Assembly: GCA_964466525.1 (NCBI GenBank)
Contig: CAYXQY010000007.1
Location: 1-45,119, forward strand
Source of the DNA: an uncultured Planctomycetia bacterium
GTDB taxonomy: Bacteria; Planctomycetota; MHYJ01; CAYXQY01
Reading direction: 5' to 3'
Length of the DNA: 45,119 nt
The translations under genes and the position numbers were made by a program. Below are positions 26,743-35,428 of the stretch, piece by piece. The stretch's first letter is position 1. Each line of letters starts with the position of its first letter. The notes beneath the pieces were generated by a model. It searched no databases. It was not told the DNA's origin and saw only the letters and a list, made by a program, of their open reading frames with translations.

Positions 26743-29283
26743 ATGGGGATCCTGATCCAACATCCTTTATATCTCCTGGCTATACCCACCATCATTTTGA
26801 TCGGCTCCGTGGCTTATCTCCAGACGACAAATTATGTTTCACCGTGGAAATTCTTCTGCCTGCTGGGAACAGGTATCTGCCTTTCTCTTGCTTCTTCCTC
26901 CCCGATGCTGCCTCTCGGTGAACAACCTGAACATCTAGTTTTCATTATCGATACATCCGACAGCAACGACATCCCACCAGAGGAAATCATCAGGCCCCTT
27001 TCAAACATGTCCAGAACGCTTCAGGATCGGGATGTGATCAGTATACTTTTGTTTGGAAAAAACAATCGCTGGCTTCTGAAACGAGCCGGACCGGATCGAG
27101 TGCCGAACGCTCTCAATGCCTTCGCGAACAAAAGGGAGCAGATCGACGGCTCCGGATCGAACCCGGCAGACGCCGTAAACAGTGCGTTGCAATTAAACCG
27201 TCAGGACGAGAAGATGATCACTTATTTATTGTCGGACGGTCAATTCCCCGAAAAACAGCGAAAACAGCTTCATTCCATCGCCAGAAATGAAAATGTTCAT
27301 CTTCACACCGCACTATCACGGAACGAAACCCTGTCGGATATATGGATTCAGAGCCTGTCCGCACCGTCCATCATCCAGGAGAACACGGAATTCACAGTGC
27401 AAGTCACTGTACGAGCCAGTCGTTCATATCGCGGAACAATACGCCTGATTGATCAAACAGGCAAGACATCTTTAGACAACCGTTCTTTCACAATTGGAAA
27501 GGACCAGACACGCACGTTTCGAATGAACATCAACCCGCAGGACGCAACGTATCAAAAATATCAAGTCGTTCTGGATACGGAGCAGGAGGAATGGAACACG
27601 AAGAATAACCGGTACACGTTTAACGTTCGGAGCTCGGGAACAGTCAACGTTCTCTGGACCGGAACTGAAAAATTATTTGAACAATTGCGTTCCGGATTAA
27701 ACAAAACATCAGTCCGTTTCGACCAGAAAAATCATCCAACCAGAACGGACAAATATGATTTGTTCATTCTAACCGACACGGTTGCCGACCTTTCCGTGGA
27801 CTGGAGGAATCAGGCTGCACAAGCCATTCGAAATCAAGGAAGCGGTCTCATCATGCTGGGTACCAAACGATCATTCGCCCTGGGTGGATGGAAAGATACG
27901 GAGATAGAAGACCTTTTACCGGTGAGGGTATTTCCCCCGGATCGACTATTTCTCAGTATCCTGCTTGATGTCTCCGGAAGCATGTCTCACGTTTCTCAGG
28001 CAAACCTTACTGAACAAAAAACGAAATTACGTGTCGTCACGGAAGCAATTACAAACGCCCTCCAGTTACTCAAACCGTCCGACCAGGTTGAAGTTCGGAC
28101 GTTTTCCGACCGGGCGACCCTGCTACGTCCCTTCAAAAAAATTGGATCGAACAATTCGATACAGGAAAAATTACAGAACCTCGAAGCTCAGGGTGGCACA
28201 AAGATGCTTCCCCCTTTACAACAGGCCCTGCAGACATTACCCCCAAATCCCACCGAACAAAAACACCTCCTGATCTTTACGGACGGTCAACTCACCGGTG
28301 ATCAAGAAGCGTACGAGCAGGTTTCTAAACGGGTGCAGAAGCAGGACATTCAACTGCTAATACTCACGACAGGCAGCTCATCCGATCGAAAATTACTTCG
28401 AACTCTTACCAATAACGGTCAAAACGGACGGGTTATCTCACTGGATCATATCAACACGCTAAAAACCACTCTCCAGAATGAACTTCGCCGAATTCGACAT
28501 TTGATCCATGAACCTATCACCTCCGTGAAATCAGACATGTCCCGTTTCCCCCTATTATCAGGGGTGGAGAAAATTCCAGAACGAGTCGGCTCCTTCCATC
28601 GAGTAACCGAAAAAAAACACGCAATCGTCCCCCTTCAATCACGCGACGGGCAGGTGTTGCTTGCCGGCTGGCAGCCCGGACAGGGACGAACGGTTGCGCT
28701 GACCCCTCGATACGATGATATGGAACGTCTTTCGCCGTCAGAGCAAACCGCATGGGTCAACCTCCTTAATTCAACGATCCATTGGGCACGGCCGAATCGA
28801 CCTTCGGACTGGTCCGTTCAAACCATGCTCTCAGCTGATACACTGACCATGTTTCTGGAACGGAAGAACGAATCCATGAATCGTGATTCAATACAGCTGA
28901 ACGGTCACCTGAAGCGGGGGGAGAACCGGGTTCGTAAGATGAAAGCGTCAGCTTATTCTCAACGTATGATCCGTTTTCGTACACAACGTCCGCCCGCCGG
29001 AACATATCAATTTTCCGCGGAGGTACACACGGGAAACCAGACTGATACGTTCGAACTACCCGTTAACATCCCTATTGAACCTGAATATCTACATCCCGTC
29101 CCGGATGCCGACGTTTTACAAAATGTCGCCCGGAGTACCGGGGGTTCATATTTCGGTTCGATGGAATCTCTTCGTTCAGAGTCATCGAAGTCGGAAAGCA
29201 GAAAAACCAACCAGTATCCTCTGGACCGGTTCTTTTTATTTGGAGCTCTTCTATTTCTTCTTCTCGTCCCTGTCCGGTTCTAA
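26743..29283 (+). CDS. membrane-anchored double von Willebrand factor A (VWA) domain protein with a BatA-like N-terminal double-TM segment and a C-terminal TM anchor
   Basis: 846 aa. Two N-terminal TM helices, a first MIDAS-like FIIDTSDSN, a second MIDAS LDVSGSMS with GGTKM, and a C-terminal hydrophobic FFLFGALLFLLLVPVRF. Confidence 0.7.
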   Translation: MGILIQHPLYLLAIPTIILIGSVAYLQTTNYVSPWKFFCLLGTGICLSLASSSPMLPLGEQPEHLVFIIDTSDSNDIPPEEIIRPLSNMSRTLQDRDVISILLFGKNNRWLLKRAGPDRVPNALNAFANKREQIDGSGSNPADAVNSALQLNRQDEKMITYLLSDGQFPEKQRKQLHSIARNENVHLHTALSRNETLSDIWIQSLSAPSIIQENTEFTVQVTVRASRSYRGTIRLIDQTGKTSLDNRSFTIGKDQTRTFRMNINPQDATYQKYQVVLDTEQEEWNTKNNRYTFNVRSSGTVNVLWTGTEKLFEQLRSGLNKTSVRFDQKNHPTRTDKYDLFILTDTVADLSVDWRNQAAQAIRNQGSGLIMLGTKRSFALGGWKDTEIEDLLPVRVFPPDRLFLSILLDVSGSMSHVSQANLTEQKTKLRVVTEAITNALQLLKPSDQVEVRTFSDRATLLRPFKKIGSNNSIQEKLQNLEAQGGTKMLPPLQQALQTLPPNPTEQKHLLIFTDGQLTGDQEAYEQVSKRVQKQDIQLLILTTGSSSDRKLLRTLTNNGQNGRVISLDHINTLKTTLQNELRRIRHLIHEPITSVKSDMSRFPLLSGVEKIPERVGSFHRVTEKKHAIVPLQSRDGQVLLAGWQPGQGRTVALTPRYDDMERLSPSEQTAWVNLLNSTIHWARPNRPSDWSVQTMLSADTLTMFLERKNESMNRDSIQLNGHLKRGENRVRKMKASAYSQRMIRFRTQRPPAGTYQFSAEVHTGNQTDTFELPVNIPIEPEYLHPVPDADVLQNVARSTGGSYFGSMESLRSESSKSESRKTNQYPLDRFFLFGALLFLLLVPVRF

Positions 29284-29656
29284 ATACGGTCGGAACCGGC
29301 AGCATTACCAGAAAAGAACGAAGAATGGGTGTGAAGGAACATCGTCAGTAAATCGGTTGCCCGGCCCCATGAGACTCCTGACAGGTTACCAGAAATGAAG
29401 AGAAAGGGGGCGTATGGAAATCAGAGGTTAAAAACAGGCTCGAGCACACCCATTCAAAGAGATCCGGGACCGGCTTTAAGTGAAAATTGTCCCATCGTAT
29501 CGAGTGAAGTAAAAATAAACTCCCGTACTCAACGATTTCTCACTTCCCCAGGTGCTCCTTTCACTTCCGAGAGCAGTACATATGAGAAAGGAGTTGAGGA
29601 TATACGGATAGTGGGGGAGGCTTAGAGAAATATACGAGGTTTGTTCTTGAAATGAT

Positions 29657-31042
29657 TTAATTCTTGCCAGCCCCGGATGTTCCAATATTCTCAGTCGTAA
29701 ATTCCACACCCGCTTCCGCTGCACGGGCTGAGACAATCAAACCGTGCTTTGAAACAAGCAAGAACACCGGACGACGTCTATTCTGTAACAGGTACGAAAA
29801 CCCACTGTACGTTCCTGTGTTCACCACCTGGCCATCGTTACCTGAAAGTACGTATACCTGTTGTTCGGACGAATTTTTTGCATACACCTGACCCTTATTT
29901 TGGAAAAGGAAGGATCGGGGACCGGATTTGTGGCGCCACTTCGTTTCACCACTGTCCCCTCGAACCGCCAGGAACCGATTCTTTTCATCCCGGACATAAA
30001 TCGTTGAACCTGTTATCCAGGGCGTCTGACTGATCGGGGTTTCCAGATGTCGGGTCCAGTTTTCGTTTCCGGAAAAGCGGTTCAGACTGTACAGCTGCAT
30101 GCCTCTGCTGGCCAGGATGACATTGCCCTCATAAGAGACCGGTCGTGCTGCAATTTCACCATCCGTTTTCTTTCTCCAGACCCAACCATTCTCCAGGGAG
30201 TACCCGTATAAGGTGCCTCCCTGAGTGGGGATCAGAAAAAGATCCTCCACCTGGTTCAACTGCGTTACAACGGGAGAATCCATACGAACCCGTTCATCAA
30301 GTTGCTCTTTCAGTCCCTTCTCCGTGTTGTAGAAATAGATAAAGTTACGCGTGTATCCGGGAATGACAAGACGATTACCCGTTGAAAACGGTTGAGCAGA
30401 AGGAGCAAAATCAAGGGACTTGCGATTTAACTGGTTTCCGTACTTGCGATTGACAACGTGAAGTGTGGGGCCGACAATGAGAAACAGGTAATCCCTTGAA
30501 CGAATACTTTCAAGGCGAGATTGTAGATCACTCTGCCGGGATTGTAGTTCTTTAATCTCCTCCTGATCAGGGTTTATGGCCGCTTTTTCCGTCGACAATT
30601 TGTTGTTCACCTCCCGCAACTCCTCCTCAGCAGAGAGAACCTGCTCGGGAACGCCCATAACCGTGGTGGGAGGAAATTTTAACGGTCCGGAAAACGAATA
30701 CGTCCAGACCGGATTACCGGTCCGTCGACTGACGGCCCAGAGATCATGCCCCTCCGTTTCAAGGTACAGGTACTGTGCGTCCGACCATACATTAACCACT
30801 TCCTCGTCAAAACCGAGATGGGACGTCCATTCGATTTGTTTGACGGGTAAGTTGTTGGTAACAGCTTCTTTTGCAGTCCGGATTTCCCGGAGCTCCTCCT
30901 CTGAAACACGGGATCGATCCGCATTTTTTTCCGGGGAAATGCTCCGGTTCGTTTCAGGATGACTGCAGTTCAAAAGCGCCCCGGTCAACAAAAACATGAT
31001 GAAGGGAATTTGTACAAAGTCGCCGTGTTCTAAATCTATCAT
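29657..31042 (-). CDS. BamB-like PQQ-type beta-propeller protein, possible lipoprotein
   Basis: 461 aa. Hydrophobic leader ending LLTGALLNC (atypical lipobox). Repeated G..W propeller signatures (GNPVWTY, ENGWVWRK, GNENWTRH, GETKWRHK). A coiled-coil-like insert lies at about aa 131-183. Confidence 0.65.
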   Translation of the reverse strand: MIDLEHGDFVQIPFIMFLLTGALLNCSHPETNRSISPEKNADRSRVSEEELREIRTAKEAVTNNLPVKQIEWTSHLGFDEEVVNVWSDAQYLYLETEGHDLWAVSRRTGNPVWTYSFSGPLKFPPTTVMGVPEQVLSAEEELREVNNKLSTEKAAINPDQEEIKELQSRQSDLQSRLESIRSRDYLFLIVGPTLHVVNRKYGNQLNRKSLDFAPSAQPFSTGNRLVIPGYTRNFIYFYNTEKGLKEQLDERVRMDSPVVTQLNQVEDLFLIPTQGGTLYGYSLENGWVWRKKTDGEIAARPVSYEGNVILASRGMQLYSLNRFSGNENWTRHLETPISQTPWITGSTIYVRDEKNRFLAVRGDSGETKWRHKSGPRSFLFQNKGQVYAKNSSEQQVYVLSGNDGQVVNTGTYSGFSYLLQNRRRPVFLLVSKHGLIVSARAAEAGVEFTTENIGTSGAGKN

Positions 31043-31048
31043 GTCTGT

Positions 31049-31396
31049 TTATTCTTCAGCCCGATCAATGTGATTCGAGAGATCAATTTCCCATTCCTCT
31101 TCGATTTCTCGAAGCTTTTCAATTCGAGCAAGATCATCTTCGATCCGGTTGTTCAGTTTAAAAATATAAGGGCGCCCTTCCAGCCGATCCTCCAGATCCG
31201 TTTCCATTACCTCCCATGATCCGTCGTACAACTCCTCCCGAAGCACGATCAATGTACGCTCTTCCTGCGTGAAATCCTGGATGATTTCCCGTATCTCCGA
31301 ATTCAGTTGTTGCTCTTCTTCAGTCACCAACGTATCGTTCTTCAACTGCCTGGACAGGAATGGTGAAGACGATAAATTCAGTTTTTTGAAAATCAT
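31049..31396 (-). CDS. hypothetical acidic protein (115 aa) co-transcribed with the BamB-like gene
   Basis: It ends 6 nt before the downstream BamB-like start. E/D/L-rich, with no motif I recognise. Confidence 0.5.
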   Translation of the reverse strand: MIFKKLNLSSSPFLSRQLKNDTLVTEEEQQLNSEIREIIQDFTQEERTLIVLREELYDGSWEVMETDLEDRLEGRPYIFKLNNRIEDDLARIEKLREIEEEWEIDLSNHIDRAEE

Positions 31397-31656
31397 ACCG
31401 ACCGCATTATAAACACGGGGTCTTATCAGTTCAAATGAACCTTTTGAGCGGTTTTGCCAGATGGAGTGGCGTCTTCATGGGACAAACAAGTTTCTTCAGG
31501 TCGCTAAAAGCGCATGTTAACAAACTCGAAATCTGAACATCTTCCGTAAGACCGATTCGAATCACACACAGTCGTCCCCCTTTTAAAACGGGAATCTGGC
31601 ATTATAAAATACGGTGTTTGTTTCTTTTTGAACATAGGCTGTTTCAGAGCATTTCA

Positions 31657-33645
31657 ATGCCCCCTCGGCCAAAACCATCCTCAGCGGTCCATCTCGCTTC
31701 CGATATTGGTGGAACATTTACGGATTTCGTCTGGCTTGATCATAATGGACAGCTCCACACGTCCAAACATCCCACCAGTCAGGAGCATCCTGCATCAGTT
31801 GTCACTGACATGCTTGAGCATGTGTGTCCACGAATCCACAGCCATGGAACAACCATCGCCACGAATGCCGTTCTTGAACGTACCGGGGCACAGGTTGCAT
31901 TTGTAACCACGGAAGGGTTTCAAGACCTTCTTCACATCGGGAGGCAGGATCGGCCGGACCTGTACGATCCTGAAAAAACTCGTACGCCTTCACTGGCAAG
32001 TCGAAAACACGTTTTCACGGTGTCGGAACGTATCGGACCGGATGGGAACGTAATCCAACCACTGACCGACACGGAGGTCGATGAGCTTGAGAAAGAACTG
32101 AACGAATTACAACCGGACTCCGTTGCCATCTGTCTGTTACACGCTTACGCAAACCCCGAACACGAACAGCGAATCGCGGACTCACTTCGCCAGTCGAATT
32201 CAATCTCAGTAAGCTGCTCCAGTGAGGTGCTCCCCGAATTTCGGGAATACGAACGTGCCAGCAGTACCGTCATGAACGCGTATATTGCACCCGTCGTTCA
32301 ATCATATATAAATCAACTTGAACACGAGAAGGACCATTCCCTCTTTCTTATGAAATCCACTGAAGGCGTTGCCCCAAGAAAACAGGTTCTTGAACGACCG
32401 CTGGACCTCCTTCTTTCCGGCCCCGCCGGAGGGGCTGTTGCCGGAGCCCGTCTCGGTGTCCGAAAAGAGGAACAACAAATTATCACCCTGGATATGGGGG
32501 GGACCAGTGCCGATATTTCGCTCGTTGTTGATGGAGAACCGGTCTGGACATCCAGTTCGCACGTCGATGGATTACCCGTTGGACGACCGATGATTGACAT
32601 TGAAACCGTCGGGGCGGGCGGCGGAAGTATCGCTCGATTCGATGAAGGCGGAGCACTTCAGGTGGGCCCGGAAAGTGCTGGCTCTCATCCGGGTCCTGTG
32701 TGTTACGATCAGGGGGGTACGGATCTGACCGTAACGGATGCTCATTTCGTGCTCGGACATATTGGTACGAACACAACGCTTGCAGAACATCTCTCCCTCG
32801 CTCCGGAACGGACCCTGAAAGCGTTCGAGGAGAAATGCTCTGAAACTTCGATGTCCATCCCCAAGCTGGCCAGTGGCATTCTTGACGTAGTCAATTCACG
32901 TATGTCCCGGGCCATTCGAAGTAGCCTGATGAAACATGGTTACGAGCCATCTCAGTTCGCCCTTGTCGTGTTCGGTGGTGCCGGTCCTCTTCACGCCTGT
33001 AAACTGGCCGAGCGTCTGAACATCTCGAAAATCTTGATTCCAGAGCATCCCGGTGTATTTTCAGCGACCGGCGTTCTGCAGGCCGATCAGACCTCCCATC
33101 AAATGCAGACCGTTCTGGAAAAGTTCAGCGGTCTGTCGGAAGACCTGGTTTCAATCCTGAATGAGCTTGAGGACCGTGCCCGAAACAAACTTCAGCAAAC
33201 CCCCCCGGCCTTTTCAGGCAAAGCAAGAGCCCGGTCCAGCCTCGACCTTCGATACCGAGGGCAAAGCTATGAAATCAATCTTCCCCGATCGGTGGCGACC
33301 GTCGAACAGTTTCACAACCGTCACGAGGAACTTTACGGATACAGGGTTCCTGATGAACAAATTGAGGTCGTAAACGCCCGAGCCCGGGCCTGTCTTTCCG
33401 GTTCAACGATAGACGATACCCCCCCTTCGAATTCCTCGTCACCGCCGGAGTCGATGCAATCCAGATCTCCTCTCTATCATGATCCCTTTACTTCTTTTGA
33501 CGTCTATAATCGGGACACCCTGAACCCCGGGCATTCAATAGAACAACCTGCTATTATCGAGGAAATGTCCAGTACCACCAGGGTTGCTGACGGATGGCGT
33601 GCTCATGTAGAACCGGACGGTGTGCTTGAATTGTCTTCACCTTGA
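31657..33645 (+). CDS. hydantoinase A / oxoprolinase A-family ATPase (HyuA-like)
   Basis: ASDIGGTFTDFV and LDMGGTSADIS are ASKHA-fold phosphate motifs in the HyuA arrangement. The ORF track start is TTG 31618; ATG 31657 (MPPRPKP) is preferred. Confidence 0.85.
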   Translation: MPPRPKPSSAVHLASDIGGTFTDFVWLDHNGQLHTSKHPTSQEHPASVVTDMLEHVCPRIHSHGTTIATNAVLERTGAQVAFVTTEGFQDLLHIGRQDRPDLYDPEKTRTPSLASRKHVFTVSERIGPDGNVIQPLTDTEVDELEKELNELQPDSVAICLLHAYANPEHEQRIADSLRQSNSISVSCSSEVLPEFREYERASSTVMNAYIAPVVQSYINQLEHEKDHSLFLMKSTEGVAPRKQVLERPLDLLLSGPAGGAVAGARLGVRKEEQQIITLDMGGTSADISLVVDGEPVWTSSSHVDGLPVGRPMIDIETVGAGGGSIARFDEGGALQVGPESAGSHPGPVCYDQGGTDLTVTDAHFVLGHIGTNTTLAEHLSLAPERTLKAFEEKCSETSMSIPKLASGILDVVNSRMSRAIRSSLMKHGYEPSQFALVVFGGAGPLHACKLAERLNISKILIPEHPGVFSATGVLQADQTSHQMQTVLEKFSGLSEDLVSILNELEDRARNKLQQTPPAFSGKARARSSLDLRYRGQSYEINLPRSVATVEQFHNRHEELYGYRVPDEQIEVVNARARACLSGSTIDDTPPSNSSSPPESMQSRSPLYHDPFTSFDVYNRDTLNPGHSIEQPAIIEEMSSTTRVADGWRAHVEPDGVLELSSP

Positions 33646-33704
33646 CGATCCCCCAATCGTTGATGACCGTGATTGAAGGGGGTTACGGAACGGTCGGGGC
33701 AGTG

Positions 33705-34847
33705 TTACGAGCCTGATATGCTTCGGACGTGTTGTCGCATAAATGATGCAAGCTCCTTCATAGAAGGAGAGTGTGTTTCCCGGACGTAAAAACCGGATGT
33801 ATATACGCCCATGTAAAGGGCTTCCTTCGGATGAAATCCGCACAGTTCGCCGAGACAATATCCTGAATTAAAGTTGTCCCCGGCTCCCGTCGTGAGTTCC
33901 GGTGATTCCGTGTACGGACCCTTTACGGAATAAACATCGTCAGGAGTGGCGACATGAGCACTGTCCACCGGGTGAATAATAACTCGTGAAATGCCGAGTG
34001 TCTCCCGAATCCAGTTTGCTCGATCCCGATGTTCCGTCCCTTCACTCATCCCTAATACGGACGCAACCTGAAGGGATTCATCCTCGTTTAAACCAAGCAT
34101 TACCGTCGCGCAATCCTCAAATCCCGCAATGAGATCAAGCACGTACTCCTGATCCTCTTTGGTCCGTTTCCTCGGATCGGCAAGATCAATGAAAAACGTC
34201 TGTTCCGAATCCATGGAACTGAGCAGTGTTTTCAGGCCACTGAGAATGCCGTTCATATACTGCACCATCGTCCAGTTAAGACAGGCCAGAAGATCCGATG
34301 ACCTGAGAAGTGCTTCGAGCTTACTCTGACCCACCTTTTCAAGCACCCGTTGCCAGGTCACGTCCTTCAACGTCTGATATTTTCCGAGCATCAGTTTTCC
34401 GTCGTTGAACTCAAGGGCTTCCGTATGACCCGGGTCCGACAGTGTTGCCACGAAATCACATCGATTCGCGAACTCCTCGAACACCGGATGGATTCGACCC
34501 CTGCCGAGTGCCCCTATATAGGAGACAGACGCACCCGCATCCAGAAGAGCATTTCCCATGATCGGCCCGTTCCCCCCCAGTTTCTTGCGAATAGGGACCA
34601 TTTCAAAGTTCGCACTTTTGCCGCTTGCCTCATGGATCAAGTCGGCAAATTTTTTCATTACGTCGAGTCGATCATATTCATCCGTCGAGCGACGTTCATC
34701 GACAACATGAATAATCAGATCAACAAACCCGTCAAATCCAAGAAGAACCGACGGCCGCTCCTCAAGTTGTTCAATTTCAGAAGAGAGTTTTTTCACTTCC
34801 TCTGCTTTGGTACCTTCCATATCACTTCTAAATAACAGGATGAGCAA
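33705..34847 (-). CDS. PfkB/ribokinase-superfamily sugar kinase
   Basis: 380 aa. LGGNGPIMGNAL, LNEDE (NxxE) and TTGAGDNFNSGY. TTG start at 34847; an alternative ATG lies at 34820 (MEGTK). Confidence 0.8.
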   Translation of the reverse strand: MLILLFRSDMEGTKAEEVKKLSSEIEQLEERPSVLLGFDGFVDLIIHVVDERRSTDEYDRLDVMKKFADLIHEASGKSANFEMVPIRKKLGGNGPIMGNALLDAGASVSYIGALGRGRIHPVFEEFANRCDFVATLSDPGHTEALEFNDGKLMLGKYQTLKDVTWQRVLEKVGQSKLEALLRSSDLLACLNWTMVQYMNGILSGLKTLLSSMDSEQTFFIDLADPRKRTKEDQEYVLDLIAGFEDCATVMLGLNEDESLQVASVLGMSEGTEHRDRANWIRETLGISRVIIHPVDSAHVATPDDVYSVKGPYTESPELTTGAGDNFNSGYCLGELCGFHPKEALYMGVYTSGFYVRETHSPSMKELASFMRQHVRSISGS

Positions 34848-35166
34848 ATGTCCTCATGTTCAAATATAACTGTCTACGGATGGAACGTAAACTTACATCT
34901 GCTGTCTTTACGAATCCACACCCCACACACCTTCGATGCAACAGTCCGTCAGCGTTCCGCAGGAAACTTCAGCAGTCTGATGGGCCAATTTCGAGAAGAA
35001 AGAAAATCCGGAGTGAAATAAGCGGACAGAACATTTTTATCTGTTTATAGCAATGATGTAAAAACTACAAAAAAAGAGTGAGCAGAAACATACATCCGTT
35101 AAGCAGATTTGAACTTCTGATTCCGGAGTCCCACAGAATTAGTAAGATTGGTGGTTTCATTCATCA

Positions 35167-35195
35167 TTGCCTTTAACATCTCGATCATTTATAAT
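35167..35195 (+). promoter_or_regulatory. sigma70-type promoter upstream of tRNA-Arg (TTGCCT-17-TATAAT)
   Basis: TTGCCT ttaacatctcgatcatt TATAAT. The -10 element is about 160 nt upstream of the tRNA 5' end. Confidence 0.5.
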
Positions 35196-35210
35196 TTTCA
35201 AACTACTTGT

Positions 35211-35229
35211 ATGATTCTCACTTCTGGTT
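35211..35229 (+). repeat. 19-nt exact copy of the murB 3'-end sequence (ATGATTCTCACTTCTGGTT)
   Basis: Identical to 25558-25576 in the same orientation. Confidence 0.6.
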
Positions 35230-35256
35230 TCTGCACCCACAGAAATCCTCCAGAAG
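35221..35256 (+). other. 13-bp interrupted hairpin in the tRNA-Arg leader
   Basis: CTTCTGG (35221-27) pairs with CCAGAAG (35250-56). TTTCTG (35228-33) pairs with CAGAAA (35240-45). The loop is 6 nt. Confidence 0.5.
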
Positions 35257-35353
35257 CGAAGACAGACTGTTTATTGGCTCACTCCTGATCGATCGGCAGG
35301 ACAATACTGAAGATTTTTCCCTGACGACCAAACACAGTCGGTCCAACATCTAT

Positions 35354-35428
35354 GCCCCGATAGCTCAACCTGGATAGAGCACTGGTCTTCGAAACCAGGT
35401 GTTGGGGGTTCGAATCCTCCTCGGGGTA
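35354..35428 (+). tRNA. tRNA-Arg (anticodon TCG)
   Basis: Cloverleaf read by eye. Acceptor GCCCCGA/TCGGGGT (G1-U72 wobble), D arm GCTC-AACCTGGATA-GAGC, anticodon arm CTGGT-CTTCGAA-ACCAG, T arm GGGGG-TTCGAAT-CCTCC, discriminator A. No encoded CCA. Confidence 0.85.

Noticed and set aside
33650-33682. Hairpin (CCCCCAATC...GATTGAAGGGGG) between the converging hyuA and PfkB kinase genes as a bidirectional intrinsic terminator
   Set aside because: The stem is interrupted and no U-tract follows on either strand. This is too weak to report as a terminator.
25558-35229. Integrated mobile element or genomic island bounded by the 19-nt direct repeat next to tRNA-Arg
   Set aside because: There are no integrase, transposase or phage/plasmid genes between the repeats. 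The content is housekeeping or envelope genes (murB and others). The repeat lies upstream of the tRNA rather than in its 3' end. I kept it only as a low-interest finding.
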